A DNA stretch of 64,000 nucleotides from Candidatus Woesebacteria bacterium RIFCSPHIGHO2_01_FULL_39_32. Its GTDB lineage: Bacteria; Patescibacteriota; Microgenomatia; UBA8517. Below the pieces are notes generated by a model. It saw only the letters and a list, made by a program, of their open reading frames with translations. It made no database searches and was not told where the DNA came from. A program made the translations under genes and the position numbers. How positions within the stretch are numbered: the stretch's first letter is position 1; every line of letters begins with the position of its first letter. This document shows positions 18,943-29,066 of the stretch, in pieces. The DNA lies in the NCBI GenBank assembly GCA_001792345.1, contig MGGJ01000001.1, forward strand, positions 292,688 through 356,687, written 5' to 3'.

Positions 18943-20111
18943 TGAAGAAGGTCTTCTATCTAATTTTTGTCTTTCTAGTGTTTTCGGTTACTTTATTGCC
19001 TGGAAAAGTTGGTGCACAAACTGAAAGAAGGTCCATTAAAGTTGCTACGGTTCCTACAGGAACGGTTGTAGATGAAAATTTTGTGATAAAAGCTGGAGAA
19101 TCTGTGGAAATTTCTGGTGAAGTAAACGGCGAAGTCATAGTTGCCGGTGGAGAAGTACTGGTTGATGGAAAAATTAACGGAGACTTGTTAGTTGCAGGAG
19201 GAACGGTAATGATTTCAGGTGAGGTTACTCAAGACTTAAGAGTAGCAGGTGGTCAAGTAACGATAATCGGGACTGTTGGAGGAAATGTGACAGTCGCAGG
19301 AGGAAATGTTGAAATCACCCAATCAGCCAAACTTGGTGGGGGAGTAGTAACATTCGCGGGAAATACTCTATTATCAAGTGTTGTCCCGGGAGATGTTCAT
19401 ATCTTTGGTGGTTCTCTGACATTGGCAAGTGATGTCAGAGGTAGTATCAATGCATTTGTAGAGAACCTACGTGTAAAATCCTCAGCCAAAGTGGGTGGTG
19501 ATATTAATTACACCAGCGAAAACGAAGCCTCAATTGATCCGGGTGCCAGTATATCCGGAAAGCTTGTAAGGAGTCCACTACCTGTGTCTTTAAGATCACA
19601 AAATCTTTCTTCTTCACGGCAATTTTTTAGAGGATTCGGTTTACAAGTAAAACTTTTTAGCTTTGTGATAGCATTTTATATGGGGCTTTTGCTGTTGAGA
19701 TTTCTGCCCAATTTTACTTTAAACGTTTCTAAAATAGTTGGAGAAAGGCCATTAAAGTCGGTCCTATACGGATTTACTTCTCTGATAATTACCCCTTTTA
19801 TAATTTTTGTTTTTCTTATAACAATTGTCGGGATACCGCTGGGACTCATTTTGATTTTTTCCTATATCTTGAGTTTATATTTAGCCAAAATATACGTTTC
19901 ATATTGGTTAGGCAGGACTCTTTTTGGAAAAGAAGTTGCAAATAGGCGCTATCTGCCGTATGGTTTGGGGCTTATTACACTATATGCAATTTCTTTTATA
20001 CCTTTTTTTGGGGGACTTATAAGTTTTATCGCTTTAATTTTGGGTTTTGGTGCTGCAATTTTTGGCTCGCTTGAGCTTTATCAAAAAGCCTTAAAAGTCA
20101 AAGTCATTTGA
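18939..20111 (+). CDS. membrane protein with N-terminal signal peptide, bactofilin-like beta-helical G-x-V repeats and a C-terminal multi-TM domain
   Basis: Repeats GGEVLVDGKINGDLLVAGGTVMISGEV... / VAGGQVTIIGTVGGNVTVAGGNVEI; three or four C-terminal TM helices. Confidence 0.55.
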   Translation: MMKKVFYLIFVFLVFSVTLLPGKVGAQTERRSIKVATVPTGTVVDENFVIKAGESVEISGEVNGEVIVAGGEVLVDGKINGDLLVAGGTVMISGEVTQDLRVAGGQVTIIGTVGGNVTVAGGNVEITQSAKLGGGVVTFAGNTLLSSVVPGDVHIFGGSLTLASDVRGSINAFVENLRVKSSAKVGGDINYTSENEASIDPGASISGKLVRSPLPVSLRSQNLSSSRQFFRGFGLQVKLFSFVIAFYMGLLLLRFLPNFTLNVSKIVGERPLKSVLYGFTSLIITPFIIFVFLITIVGIPLGLILIFSYILSLYLAKIYVSYWLGRTLFGKEVANRRYLPYGLGLITLYAISFIPFFGGLISFIALILGFGAAIFGSLELYQKALKVKVI

Positions 20112-20439
20112 GAACGTCTGCTTCTTTTTCGTATCGTTTGAGATATTTCCATAAGTACCAACAAAAAAGTGCAATGATGGGTCCGGCCGGAGTCATTAAT
20201 AAAAATTCCCAGTTAAAAATCACTGCCAACACAATGGAAATTAAGCTTGGAATACTACCAAGTATTAGCCAGTTTTTCAAGAAAGACCAGTCATTTGTTG
20301 TCAATTGAGGTCCTTCTTTTTTTACTCTTTTTATTTCATGGACGTTGACGAGGCTCAGTGAAACCGGCTGGCTATTAATTTTTTCCTTCTCTTTTTCAAT
20401 TTCAAATGAAGTTTTTGACGTTCCGGGAATATCTGTCAT
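20104..20439 (-). CDS. hypothetical small membrane protein
   Basis: ORF with two TM segments. Confidence 0.4.
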   Translation of the reverse strand: MTDIPGTSKTSFEIEKEKEKINSQPVSLSLVNVHEIKRVKKEGPQLTTNDWSFLKNWLILGSIPSLISIVLAVIFNWEFLLMTPAGPIIALFCWYLWKYLKRYEKEADVLK

Positions 20440-20495
20440 TAACCTAGTATATCATCGTACGAAAGATATTTATTCCTTTGAATGATTCACCGGCT

Positions 20496-21107
20496 TCATA
20501 TTAAATTTTTTCTAGCTACAATTTTTCTTTTGTTGTAAGAAATTAAATTTTGCCTTTCAAATGACTTCATTTGTCGACTTATGGTTTCTCTACTCACACC
20601 TAACCAATTTGCTAAGTCTTTATGAGTAAAAGGAATCTGAATCGAATAACCCCTTTTTCCCTCCCTAGCGAAGTTTTTAACAAAGTGAGCTAAAAGTGAA
20701 AGCAGCCGTTTTCGAACGTCGTTGCCTAAAGTATTCTCTAAACGATTCACCATTCCATTTAGGCCAAGTGAGAGGCGTTTTGTAAGATCATATAATACAT
20801 CGGGTTCGCTCTTAAGAAAATTTATAACTTTTTGAGGATTCACAGCTTTTAGAGAGACGCTGGTAAGAGTTTCAAAATAAAATCTGTTTTGCGACTTTGC
20901 GATAAAAAGCATTATAGGAAAGAAAGAACCTGGTTTAAAAATATGAATGTTAATTTCTTCTCCACTCGAAGTTAGTAAATACTGACGAACGTTACCTTTC
21001 AGAAGAAAAAAAATTTTTTCAATAGGTTCACCACCCTTAATTAGAACTTTTTCTTTTTTATATGTTTTGGCAGGAACATTTTTAAGAAATAAATCTATTT
21101 CTTTCAT
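20496..21107 (-). CDS. Crp/Fnr-family transcriptional regulator
   Basis: cNMP-binding beta-roll (…KGGEPIEKIFFLLKGNV…) and C-terminal HTH (RETISRQMK). Confidence 0.85.
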   Translation of the reverse strand: MKEIDLFLKNVPAKTYKKEKVLIKGGEPIEKIFFLLKGNVRQYLLTSSGEEINIHIFKPGSFFPIMLFIAKSQNRFYFETLTSVSLKAVNPQKVINFLKSEPDVLYDLTKRLSLGLNGMVNRLENTLGNDVRKRLLSLLAHFVKNFAREGKRGYSIQIPFTHKDLANWLGVSRETISRQMKSFERQNLISYNKRKIVARKNLI

Positions 21108-21115
21108 TATGCCGA

Positions 21116-21141
21116 ATTATATCACTGATTTTATAGTGATA
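21116..21141. promoter_or_regulatory. perfect 9-bp inverted repeat TATATCACT-N8-AGTGATATA 10-35 bp upstream of the Crp/Fnr-family gene start
   Basis: Read directly from the sequence; arms contain TCAC/GTGA cores reminiscent of CRP-family half-sites. Confidence 0.4.
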
Positions 21142-21217
21142 TAATTTTTCGCAATTAAAAGTGTACTACAATTAATTTATTGTTGAAAATAATGTACTTT
21201 AGGTATATAAATAAGGC

Positions 21218-21538
21218 ATGGAATATTTTGCAAAAGCCAGGAACTATTTATCTACGGTTGATTCTGCAAAAGCCGATCTCTTGGATAAAAAAGCAAATGA
21301 GCTTTTGTACGATGAAGATGCGTATGAGCGAGCCTCCCAGGCTCTGAGAAGAAGGTTTTCAAGGGGAGCCGGAGAGGTTGAAGGTATTGATCGAGGTATA
21401 AGAACAACCAAAATAAAAAGAGAACGGATTGGAGGAAAATATAAATATATGGTGCAAGGATCTGACGGTAACTGGTTTGAACCCGATGAGAGAATTTGGG
21501 TAGTATCAATGTATGCCCTCTGGCAAGATTCGAAGTAG
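21218..21538 (+). CDS. hypothetical protein
   Basis: 106-aa ORF, divergent from the Crp-family gene. Confidence 0.45.
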   Translation: MEYFAKARNYLSTVDSAKADLLDKKANELLYDEDAYERASQALRRRFSRGAGEVEGIDRGIRTTKIKRERIGGKYKYMVQGSDGNWFEPDERIWVVSMYALWQDSK

Positions 21539-23114
21539 TACACATTTCCATAACTTTTTATTCCTTTTATTAATCTTCCTGATTAGTCTGTGGAGTTTAA
21601 AGCCAATATTAAATTCCCCCGGTAGAACTTTAGTTGATGCGGGCGATGATATACTAATTACCTGGATAATTAATCAAAATATCCAGAAAATTCCATATGA
21701 TCTTGACGCAATCTTCGAAGGGAACATTTTTTACCCTTACAAAAATACCCTTTCTTACTCTGAACATTTTTTACCATCAGCTATTTTGTCTTTCCTTCCG
21801 GTAAAGATTTCAGGTCTTCCAATTTTGGCTTACAACTTTAATCTTATTTTCGGTCAAATAGCGACAGTGACGGTATTATATTTATGGTTTTCTGAAATGA
21901 CTAAAGATAAATTTTCCTCTTTCGTCGCTGCAACTGCACTTGGAGTATCACAAATTAGAATATTTTACTTTGCACATCTTCAGATGTGGAATATGCAGTG
22001 GTGGCTAATCGCCCTTTGGATGATTTGGAGGTTCAGAACATACTCTAAAGTAAAACACTTGTATCTGGCGGGAATTTTTTCTGCAATTCAGTTTTGGGAA
22101 AGTGTTCTTCCACTATATTTTATATTTTTCGGTTTTTTATTAATGTTTTTTTCTCGAATGAAAATACTGATCAAAAATTATAGACACATCTTAGGCGCTT
22201 TACTAACTTTCTCGATTTTTACTATGCCTTTAATTAATAGCTATTTAAAAGTATCGCAAGAATTTAGGTATGTTCGTTCTATTCGTGATGCGGCCCATTT
22301 TTCAATGAGCGTAGATGAATTGTGGGGAAGATTTTTTAGCCCCGGTCTTTTTGGTCTGACTCTAATTTCGGTTTTATTATTTGACAAGAAAGTCTTCAAT
22401 AAAATAAAAGATTTGAAATGGGTCATTTTATTAACAATGTTTGCTTTTGTTATGTCTTTGGGGCCTGTCTTAAAATGGCAAGGGGAAACATTTAAAATTT
22501 GGGAGAGAATCTTTATACCCCTTCCATACGGAGTGTTTTATTACATAATCCCCGGATTTGGATCTTTAAGAACACCGCTTCGTTGGTTATGGCTTTTTGC
22601 TTTGGGGTTATCGATTTTTTCTGTAATCTCACTTTCGTTATATAAGTCGAAACTTAGAAATATTATTCTAGCAGGTTGTTTATTGGTCGTATTATTTGGT
22701 GGAGCGCGGATAAGAAAAGTGTATTATGCTCCGGTTCCTTCTCAATACCCACAAGTGTATAAGTTTCTAAGAAACCAAGAGAAGGAAGTCGTAATCGAGT
22801 TACCTATGTATAACTGGGCTTTCGGAGAACCCGCTAAAAATGAATTTTGGCGAATGCTTTACAGTTTAGAGCATAGAAAGAAGTTGGTTAATGGAGCATC
22901 AGGATTTGCTCCACCGGAATACGAAGCTTTGGCGGATATTCTTTGGAGTAGATTTCCTTCAATTGAGCTCGAAAGTAAACTAAAAGAAATTGGTGTAAAT
23001 TATATTGTAGTTCATAAGAAGGAATTTGATTCCGAAAAATTACAAGAAATATCCAATTGGGGTAAAGAAAAAATTATTTATGAAGATGATAAAGAGTCTG
23101 TCTACGAGATATAA
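21513..23114 (+). CDS. large polytopic membrane protein, GT-C-like / YfhO-like putative glycosyltransferase
   Basis: More than ten TM segments followed by a soluble C-terminal domain; the true start is possibly a non-ATG codon downstream of 21513. Confidence 0.5.
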   Translation: MPSGKIRSSTHFHNFLFLLLIFLISLWSLKPILNSPGRTLVDAGDDILITWIINQNIQKIPYDLDAIFEGNIFYPYKNTLSYSEHFLPSAILSFLPVKISGLPILAYNFNLIFGQIATVTVLYLWFSEMTKDKFSSFVAATALGVSQIRIFYFAHLQMWNMQWWLIALWMIWRFRTYSKVKHLYLAGIFSAIQFWESVLPLYFIFFGFLLMFFSRMKILIKNYRHILGALLTFSIFTMPLINSYLKVSQEFRYVRSIRDAAHFSMSVDELWGRFFSPGLFGLTLISVLLFDKKVFNKIKDLKWVILLTMFAFVMSLGPVLKWQGETFKIWERIFIPLPYGVFYYIIPGFGSLRTPLRWLWLFALGLSIFSVISLSLYKSKLRNIILAGCLLVVLFGGARIRKVYYAPVPSQYPQVYKFLRNQEKEVVIELPMYNWAFGEPAKNEFWRMLYSLEHRKKLVNGASGFAPPEYEALADILWSRFPSIELESKLKEIGVNYIVVHKKEFDSEKLQEISNWGKEKIIYEDDKESVYEI

Positions 23115-23168
23115 TGTTTATACTTATTGTAACTTATATCGTTTTTGGTTTAGGATAGGAATAGTACC

Positions 23169-23618
23169 ATGCTGAAGATAAGAAGGGTTTTTCTTAGTTT
23201 TAAAAAATTCCTGCCTAAGAATTTTAGAAAAGCATTTCTACTGCTTTATATATTTGGTTTGGTTTTAGGGTTAATTCTGACACTTGTTTACGCTTTTGTT
23301 CCGTCGTTTGTAACTTGTGCTTCTTTTTTCGCAGAAAATTTTTGTACTCCGGCGGGTATATTTTTGATTTTAGCTTTGTCTTTGCCTGGGTATCTTGTTG
23401 CGGGTAATATTTTAGCACTTTTACCTGAAATACCTTGGGTACCTTCCCTTATAATCGTTATCGTCACATCTGGAGCATTCTACTTTCTCATCGGTTTACT
23501 TATTGATAAAAAACGAAGGAAAAAGATTTCAGTTTCGGGGATTAATAAGCTAGTTATTTATTTATCTTTTGGGCTACTTCTTCTTTTTTTAATTTCCTTG
23601 TTGCAAGCAATCATTTAA
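23169..23618 (+). CDS. small membrane protein
   Basis: Four hydrophobic segments. Confidence 0.45.
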   Translation: MLKIRRVFLSFKKFLPKNFRKAFLLLYIFGLVLGLILTLVYAFVPSFVTCASFFAENFCTPAGIFLILALSLPGYLVAGNILALLPEIPWVPSLIIVIVTSGAFYFLIGLLIDKKRRKKISVSGINKLVIYLSFGLLLLFLISLLQAII

Positions 23619-25483
23619 TGCTGAAAAAGTTACTACTTATCACTTTCCTTTTCCTTTTTGTATTAATACCAAAAAAAATTTCAGCGCAGCAAGAATTTTC
23701 CGGAGATTTTTACGCAATAACAGACTTCAGCTCCGTTATTGAAGTACAAAAAGATACAACACTTCTGATAACCGAAACAATAAGTGTAAATTTTCCTGAC
23801 TACAGACACGGAATTTATAGGGTTATACCCATTACATACTCGGTTAGAGGTAAAACGCTAAATTCAAGGTTGAAAGTTTTAAGAATTACGGATGGAGAAG
23901 GAAAATCGGTTCATTACGAAAAAAGTAGGCGGGGACAAAGTGTAAGTTTAAAAATTGGAGATCCCGACATTACTCTAACCGGTTTACAAACATATGTAAT
24001 TACTTATACCGTTGACAGAGTGATCCAAAGATATGAAACACATGATGAAGTTTACTGGAATATTACCGGAAGCGAATGGGATACGGATATTCTAAAAGCT
24101 AGTGCAGTAGTTAGATCTTCTTTTGCGGAAATAGAAAGAAGTGAATGTTTTGGGGGACCCATTGGAACTACTAGTAAAGAGTGTAGAGCAGAAAGCTCTG
24201 AAAAAGAAAGTTCTTTTTCGGCAACAACTCAACTGGGATATGGGCAAGATTTCACAGTTGTGGTTGCACTTGACAAGAATAGTGAACTTATTTTTCCTGG
24301 GAGGTTTGAGACACTGCTTTTAATATCTGCCGACAATTGGGGTTATCCTATTTCGTTAATACCCTTTGGAATAATGATTTATTTTTGGTTTAAAAAGGGA
24401 CGTGACAAGCGCTTCCTTGCTGATACCGTTTATTACAAACCCAAAGACGCAAAAGAAACAACGGTAAGTCCTTTCGCGCGTAAATTCCTACCTATGGTTT
24501 ATCATCCAATTGACGGTTTTACACCTTCTCAAATCGGAACAATTGTTGATGAAAAGGTGGATATCCACGATATTGTTGCAGAAATAGTCGAGCTAGCTAG
24601 ACTTGGATTTTTACGTATTGAAAAAATTGAGAAAGATAAGTTAATTGGCAAAGAAACCGACTATGCGATATATAAACTTGAAAAAGACGTGGCTAAATTA
24701 AATGAGTATCAACTATATCTCTTGGATAAGCTATTTGATAAAGACTACACTTCTGCTTCAATCAAAGGGATCGAACGATTGTTTAAAGATAATGACAGAA
24801 GGTTGAAAGATTTATTAAAACTTACAACAAATGAGAATATTGTGCTTATATCTTCACTCAAAAATAAATTTTACGCACATTTAGAAGAATTCAGAAAAGA
24901 ACTTTATAAGTCGCTTGGTAACGAAAAGATATTTGACGGAAAAGTTGATCAAGTTCGAGGAAAGTGGATTGCGATATTTGTTGGTTTAGATGCTGTCGTG
25001 GCGATTCTACTTTTTAATTTTGTAAATATAACCGCAAATTTCTTTCCTTTAATAATCTTTGGATTATTATCAGTTCCATCCTTTTTCTTTGCATACGCAA
25101 TGCCTCGAAAAACAGCTTGGGGATACTCACTCTATCAGCAAATTAGAGGTTTAGCATATTACCTGAAAAAAGGTAAATGGAGGCACGAAATTGCTGAAAA
25201 ACACCTCTTTTTCGAAGAAATGATTCCATTGGCAATCTCTTTGGAAGTGATAGACAAATTAGCAAAGGACATGCAGGACTTGGGTGTCAAACCACCCTCT
25301 TATTTTGCTGGAACGGCAACAGGTACTCTCTATTCCGATTTAAGCACTTTTGAATCTCGCGCTTCGACAAATCTAGTATCCGCCCCAGGAGGGAAAGGGT
25401 CATCCTCTTGGTCGGGTGGTTCCGGTTTTTCGGGAGGAGGATCCGGCGGTGGTTTTGGTGGCGGTGGAGGAGGAAGTTGGTAA
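23618..25483 (+). CDS. DUF2207-family membrane protein with C-terminal glycine-rich tail
   Basis: Signal peptide, extracellular beta-rich N-terminal domain, TM helices, C-terminal GGGSGGGFGGGGGGSW. Confidence 0.8.
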   Translation: MLKKLLLITFLFLFVLIPKKISAQQEFSGDFYAITDFSSVIEVQKDTTLLITETISVNFPDYRHGIYRVIPITYSVRGKTLNSRLKVLRITDGEGKSVHYEKSRRGQSVSLKIGDPDITLTGLQTYVITYTVDRVIQRYETHDEVYWNITGSEWDTDILKASAVVRSSFAEIERSECFGGPIGTTSKECRAESSEKESSFSATTQLGYGQDFTVVVALDKNSELIFPGRFETLLLISADNWGYPISLIPFGIMIYFWFKKGRDKRFLADTVYYKPKDAKETTVSPFARKFLPMVYHPIDGFTPSQIGTIVDEKVDIHDIVAEIVELARLGFLRIEKIEKDKLIGKETDYAIYKLEKDVAKLNEYQLYLLDKLFDKDYTSASIKGIERLFKDNDRRLKDLLKLTTNENIVLISSLKNKFYAHLEEFRKELYKSLGNEKIFDGKVDQVRGKWIAIFVGLDAVVAILLFNFVNITANFFPLIIFGLLSVPSFFFAYAMPRKTAWGYSLYQQIRGLAYYLKKGKWRHEIAEKHLFFEEMIPLAISLEVIDKLAKDMQDLGVKPPSYFAGTATGTLYSDLSTFESRASTNLVSAPGGKGSSSWSGGSGFSGGGSGGGFGGGGGGSW

Positions 25484-25524
25484 ACAAATGGTAGTTAGTT
25501 GCGAGTAGTTAGCAGTTGGAAAAA

Positions 25525-27261
25525 TTACTTTTTATAATTTCTTATCAGCATCAAAACTCCTATGAGAAATACCGATAAAAAACTCAAGAGTAAAGAGTAA
25601 TATCTGACCGGTGTATCTCTAAATAAAAGATTAATCGTGTGTAGTCCAGGTTCAACTGCAAATAAAATAATTCCGGGATAATATTCATCTTCGTAATTTA
25701 TTTCTTTAATAATTCCATCAATTTTCAGCTCCCAACCTGGAAAATAGTAAGTATTTTCTTTCAAATAGCTTTTTTCTTTGACATTAATAATATATGCATG
25801 TCTGATATTTGATCTATTTTCTGATAGGATTTGTGCTTCACCTTTTATGACTTTAAGATGTGTTTTCGGAATTTCTTTTTGCCACATAGCAGTAGCCGGT
25901 ACCCAAACTGGAGCTGCGGGTCCCAAACCTTCACCTCTGGCTGTCCATAACGGCAACTCTCCGGCAATTATTTTATCTTTAATTTCAGGTACATTTCCTC
26001 TGTTTCCCCAATTTAATATTGTTGATCCGATAGCTAAAGTTAATAAAAAATAATAAATTTTTTTATTTTTAATATTTTGTACAACAAAAGCAGCTAGTGA
26101 GGATGAAACAAAAATAATAATTGAAAGGATTCGAAAGGGAAATTGTATTTTTCGTAAATTTGTAAACACCCCCCATATTGGTTTACTTACACTTTGTGTT
26201 AAAAATAAATAAAAACAAAAAGAAATGAAGAGAAATAGAATGAATTTATTACGGTTTCTTTTTACGATAATTAAATACGCTGCTATTAAAATGATAATCC
26301 AATGTGCGTATCCGACTATTGGAGCTAACTCGCCCATTGGTCCTTGGAAAAGAAATCCTAATCGCCATGGAGAGTAAAGTAGATCGGATAATTTTGGAAA
26401 TATGATTTGACTTTGAATTTCGGTTAATTGGTGAGTGAATTTGCCTTCTAAAAGAACGGGAATCCAGTAGTAAGCGCTGAACAATAGACCTAGTATGAAG
26501 GGAAAGAAGGAATTTAATAAATTCTTCATTTTTTTCTTTTTAGTGATAAGTATCGAATAAAGAAAAAGGAAAGGTATGCCGAGAAGAGAAACCGCTTGAT
26601 GGGAAAGTATAAGAGCCGCAATGCATAATCCTGTTAAAAATTTCCAAATAAAAGCGTTTCTTTCTTTTACCCCGTTTATTAAAGACAAAGAAAGTGGTAA
26701 AAAGACAAATGCCAGCATTTCTCCGATATCTACTCTGAAGTGCATATCGACTAAGTGGTACGGCGCGAAGAGGTAAAATATCGCCCCAAAGAATGCAGCT
26801 TCTTTTGTAACGTGATTTTTTAGCCAAAGATACATTGCGATTCCTGAGGTGATGTAAGAAGTGATTAGAACAAGTTTTAGACTATTTAAAAAGTTAAGAC
26901 CAAGAAAGTGATAGAAAGATCCGAGATAATAGGGCAGGGGATAGGCGAAAATAAAATTAGGATATCCATAGGTTGCATTCAAATCTCCTGCCCAGCGTGG
27001 AATAAGTTGGCCGTCCGTTAATGCCTTATAAAATGACATCAGTTTAACTATATTTATTGTTAAGTCCCCGCTTTCATAAGATCCCTGTCGAAGGATACTA
27101 ATAATGGGGAGGGTAGAAAATCCAAGCAGGATTAAAATATTGCTTAGAGGTTTTTTACGATAAATCTTAAGTAATAATAGAAAGGTTAGGTAAACAAAGG
27201 TAGCAACTAGACTTACAAAAACCATTCTATAGGACTTGTGATTTAGGATTGATAAATACAT
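25525..27261 (-). CDS. polytopic membrane protein, GT-C-fold (YfhO/PMT/ArnT-like) putative glycosyltransferase
   Basis: About 13 TM helices and a C-terminal soluble domain. Confidence 0.55.
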   Translation of the reverse strand: MYLSILNHKSYRMVFVSLVATFVYLTFLLLLKIYRKKPLSNILILLGFSTLPIISILRQGSYESGDLTINIVKLMSFYKALTDGQLIPRWAGDLNATYGYPNFIFAYPLPYYLGSFYHFLGLNFLNSLKLVLITSYITSGIAMYLWLKNHVTKEAAFFGAIFYLFAPYHLVDMHFRVDIGEMLAFVFLPLSLSLINGVKERNAFIWKFLTGLCIAALILSHQAVSLLGIPFLFLYSILITKKKKMKNLLNSFFPFILGLLFSAYYWIPVLLEGKFTHQLTEIQSQIIFPKLSDLLYSPWRLGFLFQGPMGELAPIVGYAHWIIILIAAYLIIVKRNRNKFILFLFISFCFYLFLTQSVSKPIWGVFTNLRKIQFPFRILSIIIFVSSSLAAFVVQNIKNKKIYYFLLTLAIGSTILNWGNRGNVPEIKDKIIAGELPLWTARGEGLGPAAPVWVPATAMWQKEIPKTHLKVIKGEAQILSENRSNIRHAYIINVKEKSYLKENTYYFPGWELKIDGIIKEINYEDEYYPGIILFAVEPGLHTINLLFRDTPVRYYSLLLSFLSVFLIGVLMLIRNYKK

Positions 27262-27291
27262 TTTGAGATTAATCCGTAGTATAGTTATTTT

Positions 27292-28068
27292 GTGGAAATA
27301 CCAAAAGACCCTTTTAGGTTAGATGAACTAAGAAATGAGCTTGCATTTAGAAGGAAACTTAAAGAACTTAAAGCAACATATTCAAAACGATTTCCTGAGA
27401 TTCCGGACTGGAATACCCCGACTTTGTGGGATAAATTAAATCCTGAATACATTGTTACAAAAGAGTCAAATCCAATAGCTTACGATAGGTTTAGAACGTT
27501 TACTAAGCTTTTAAAAAAAATCAAAGGGAAAGTTGTTGATGTGGGAGCGGGATCGGGTGTTTTAGAAGGATTTATAGAAAAGGAGGGATTAAATTTAGAT
27601 TGGTACGGAGTAGATATTGCTCCCAAATCGATCCAACAATTAAAGAAAAAATATCCTTATTGGAATTTCAGTATCGGAGATGCTAAAAAACTACCTTTTA
27701 AAAATAATCTTTTTGATTGTGTTATCGTTTCAGAAGTATTAGAACATATTCCACCTAAATATACGTTTAAAGCACTTTCGGAGGTACAACGGGTATTAAA
27801 ACATAACGGAAAACTTATTATTTCCGTGCCGCTTAACGAAGGCCTTCCTGAAATGATTAAGAAGGGAATAAATCCGAATGCCCACACACGGGCTTATACG
27901 ATCTATTTACTTAAAGCGGAGTTGGAATTGGCCGGCTTTAAAGTTGACTGGCAAAAAGAACTATACGCCTTCAGTAATAACTACACTCTAAAAACTTTCA
28001 TTGTAAAATATGTTCTGCCCGGAATAAGGCAACCGAATAATGTTATATTGCTGGCAAGAAAAATATGA
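27292..28068 (+). CDS. class I SAM-dependent methyltransferase
   Basis: VVDVGAGSGVLEGF, DCVIVSEVLEHIP, NGKLIISVP. Confidence 0.8.
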   Translation: MEIPKDPFRLDELRNELAFRRKLKELKATYSKRFPEIPDWNTPTLWDKLNPEYIVTKESNPIAYDRFRTFTKLLKKIKGKVVDVGAGSGVLEGFIEKEGLNLDWYGVDIAPKSIQQLKKKYPYWNFSIGDAKKLPFKNNLFDCVIVSEVLEHIPPKYTFKALSEVQRVLKHNGKLIISVPLNEGLPEMIKKGINPNAHTRAYTIYLLKAELELAGFKVDWQKELYAFSNNYTLKTFIVKYVLPGIRQPNNVILLARKI

Positions 28069-29066
28069 AAATTCTATTTTTTACACGTTTATATTGGCCG
28101 CATGTGGGGGGAGTAGAAAAACACTTAGAGCAACTAAGTTTAAGACTAAAAGGTAAGGGCAATGATGTAACAATAGTTACAACAAAACATTCTTCAGATT
28201 TAGACAGCGAGCAAATATACCGAAAGATAAAGATAATCCGCTTTAACCAACCGCAAATTAAGTATTTTGGGCTAATTTACACCTGGCTTTGGCTTTTAAG
28301 AAATCGTAGTTTAATTAAAGAAAGTGATGTTATTCATATTCACGACGTTTTTATCTGGTCTTTACCCTTTAAAGTATTATTTCCCAAAAAGAAAGTTTAC
28401 GTAACATTCCACGGCCAGTGGGGGAAATATCCGATTTCCCGGCAGGATATTTTGCAAAAAAGGCTTGGAGCAAAGCTAGCGAACGGGGTGATTTGTATCG
28501 GAGATTATATTCCCAAAAATTACGGCATTAAAGCCGATATTGTCTCTTTCGGCGCAACAGATATACCGAAAACGAAGTATAAAAAGGAAAATAAGTCTAT
28601 CGTTTATGTCGGTCGATTGGACCAAAGTATCTCTCTTAATACCTTTTTCGAGGTATTCAAGAATTTAAAGGGCTACCAAATTGAATTTTGCGGGGAAGGA
28701 GAGCTGTCCTACGAAGCAAATTTGTACGGCAGTGTAAAAGGCTTTGTAGATCCTGGGCCTTACTATAAAAAGGCAAAATATTGTTTTGCATCGGGGTACC
28801 TAACCGTTTTAGAGGCGCTTGCACACAAATGTCTTCTATTTGTTGCTTATAACAATCCGCTTCAGAAAGATTATTACGAGATGACTCCGTTCAGAAAATT
28901 TATTATTTGCTCGGCAAACTCAATGGAGTTGATGGAGAGGTTTAATTACTATCAAAAAAGACCAAAAGTCGCAGAAAAGTTAATCTTATCGGGTTTCGCG
29001 TGGGTAAAAACACAAACTTGGGAAAAGTTGGTAGAAGACTATCTGAAGTTATGGAAGGCTAATTAA
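28065..29066 (+). CDS. glycosyltransferase (GT-B, GT4-like)
   Basis: N-terminal MKILFFTRLYWPHVGGVEKH typical of GT4. Confidence 0.7.
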   Translation: MKILFFTRLYWPHVGGVEKHLEQLSLRLKGKGNDVTIVTTKHSSDLDSEQIYRKIKIIRFNQPQIKYFGLIYTWLWLLRNRSLIKESDVIHIHDVFIWSLPFKVLFPKKKVYVTFHGQWGKYPISRQDILQKRLGAKLANGVICIGDYIPKNYGIKADIVSFGATDIPKTKYKKENKSIVYVGRLDQSISLNTFFEVFKNLKGYQIEFCGEGELSYEANLYGSVKGFVDPGPYYKKAKYCFASGYLTVLEALAHKCLLFVAYNNPLQKDYYEMTPFRKFIICSANSMELMERFNYYQKRPKVAEKLILSGFAWVKTQTWEKLVEDYLKLWKAN

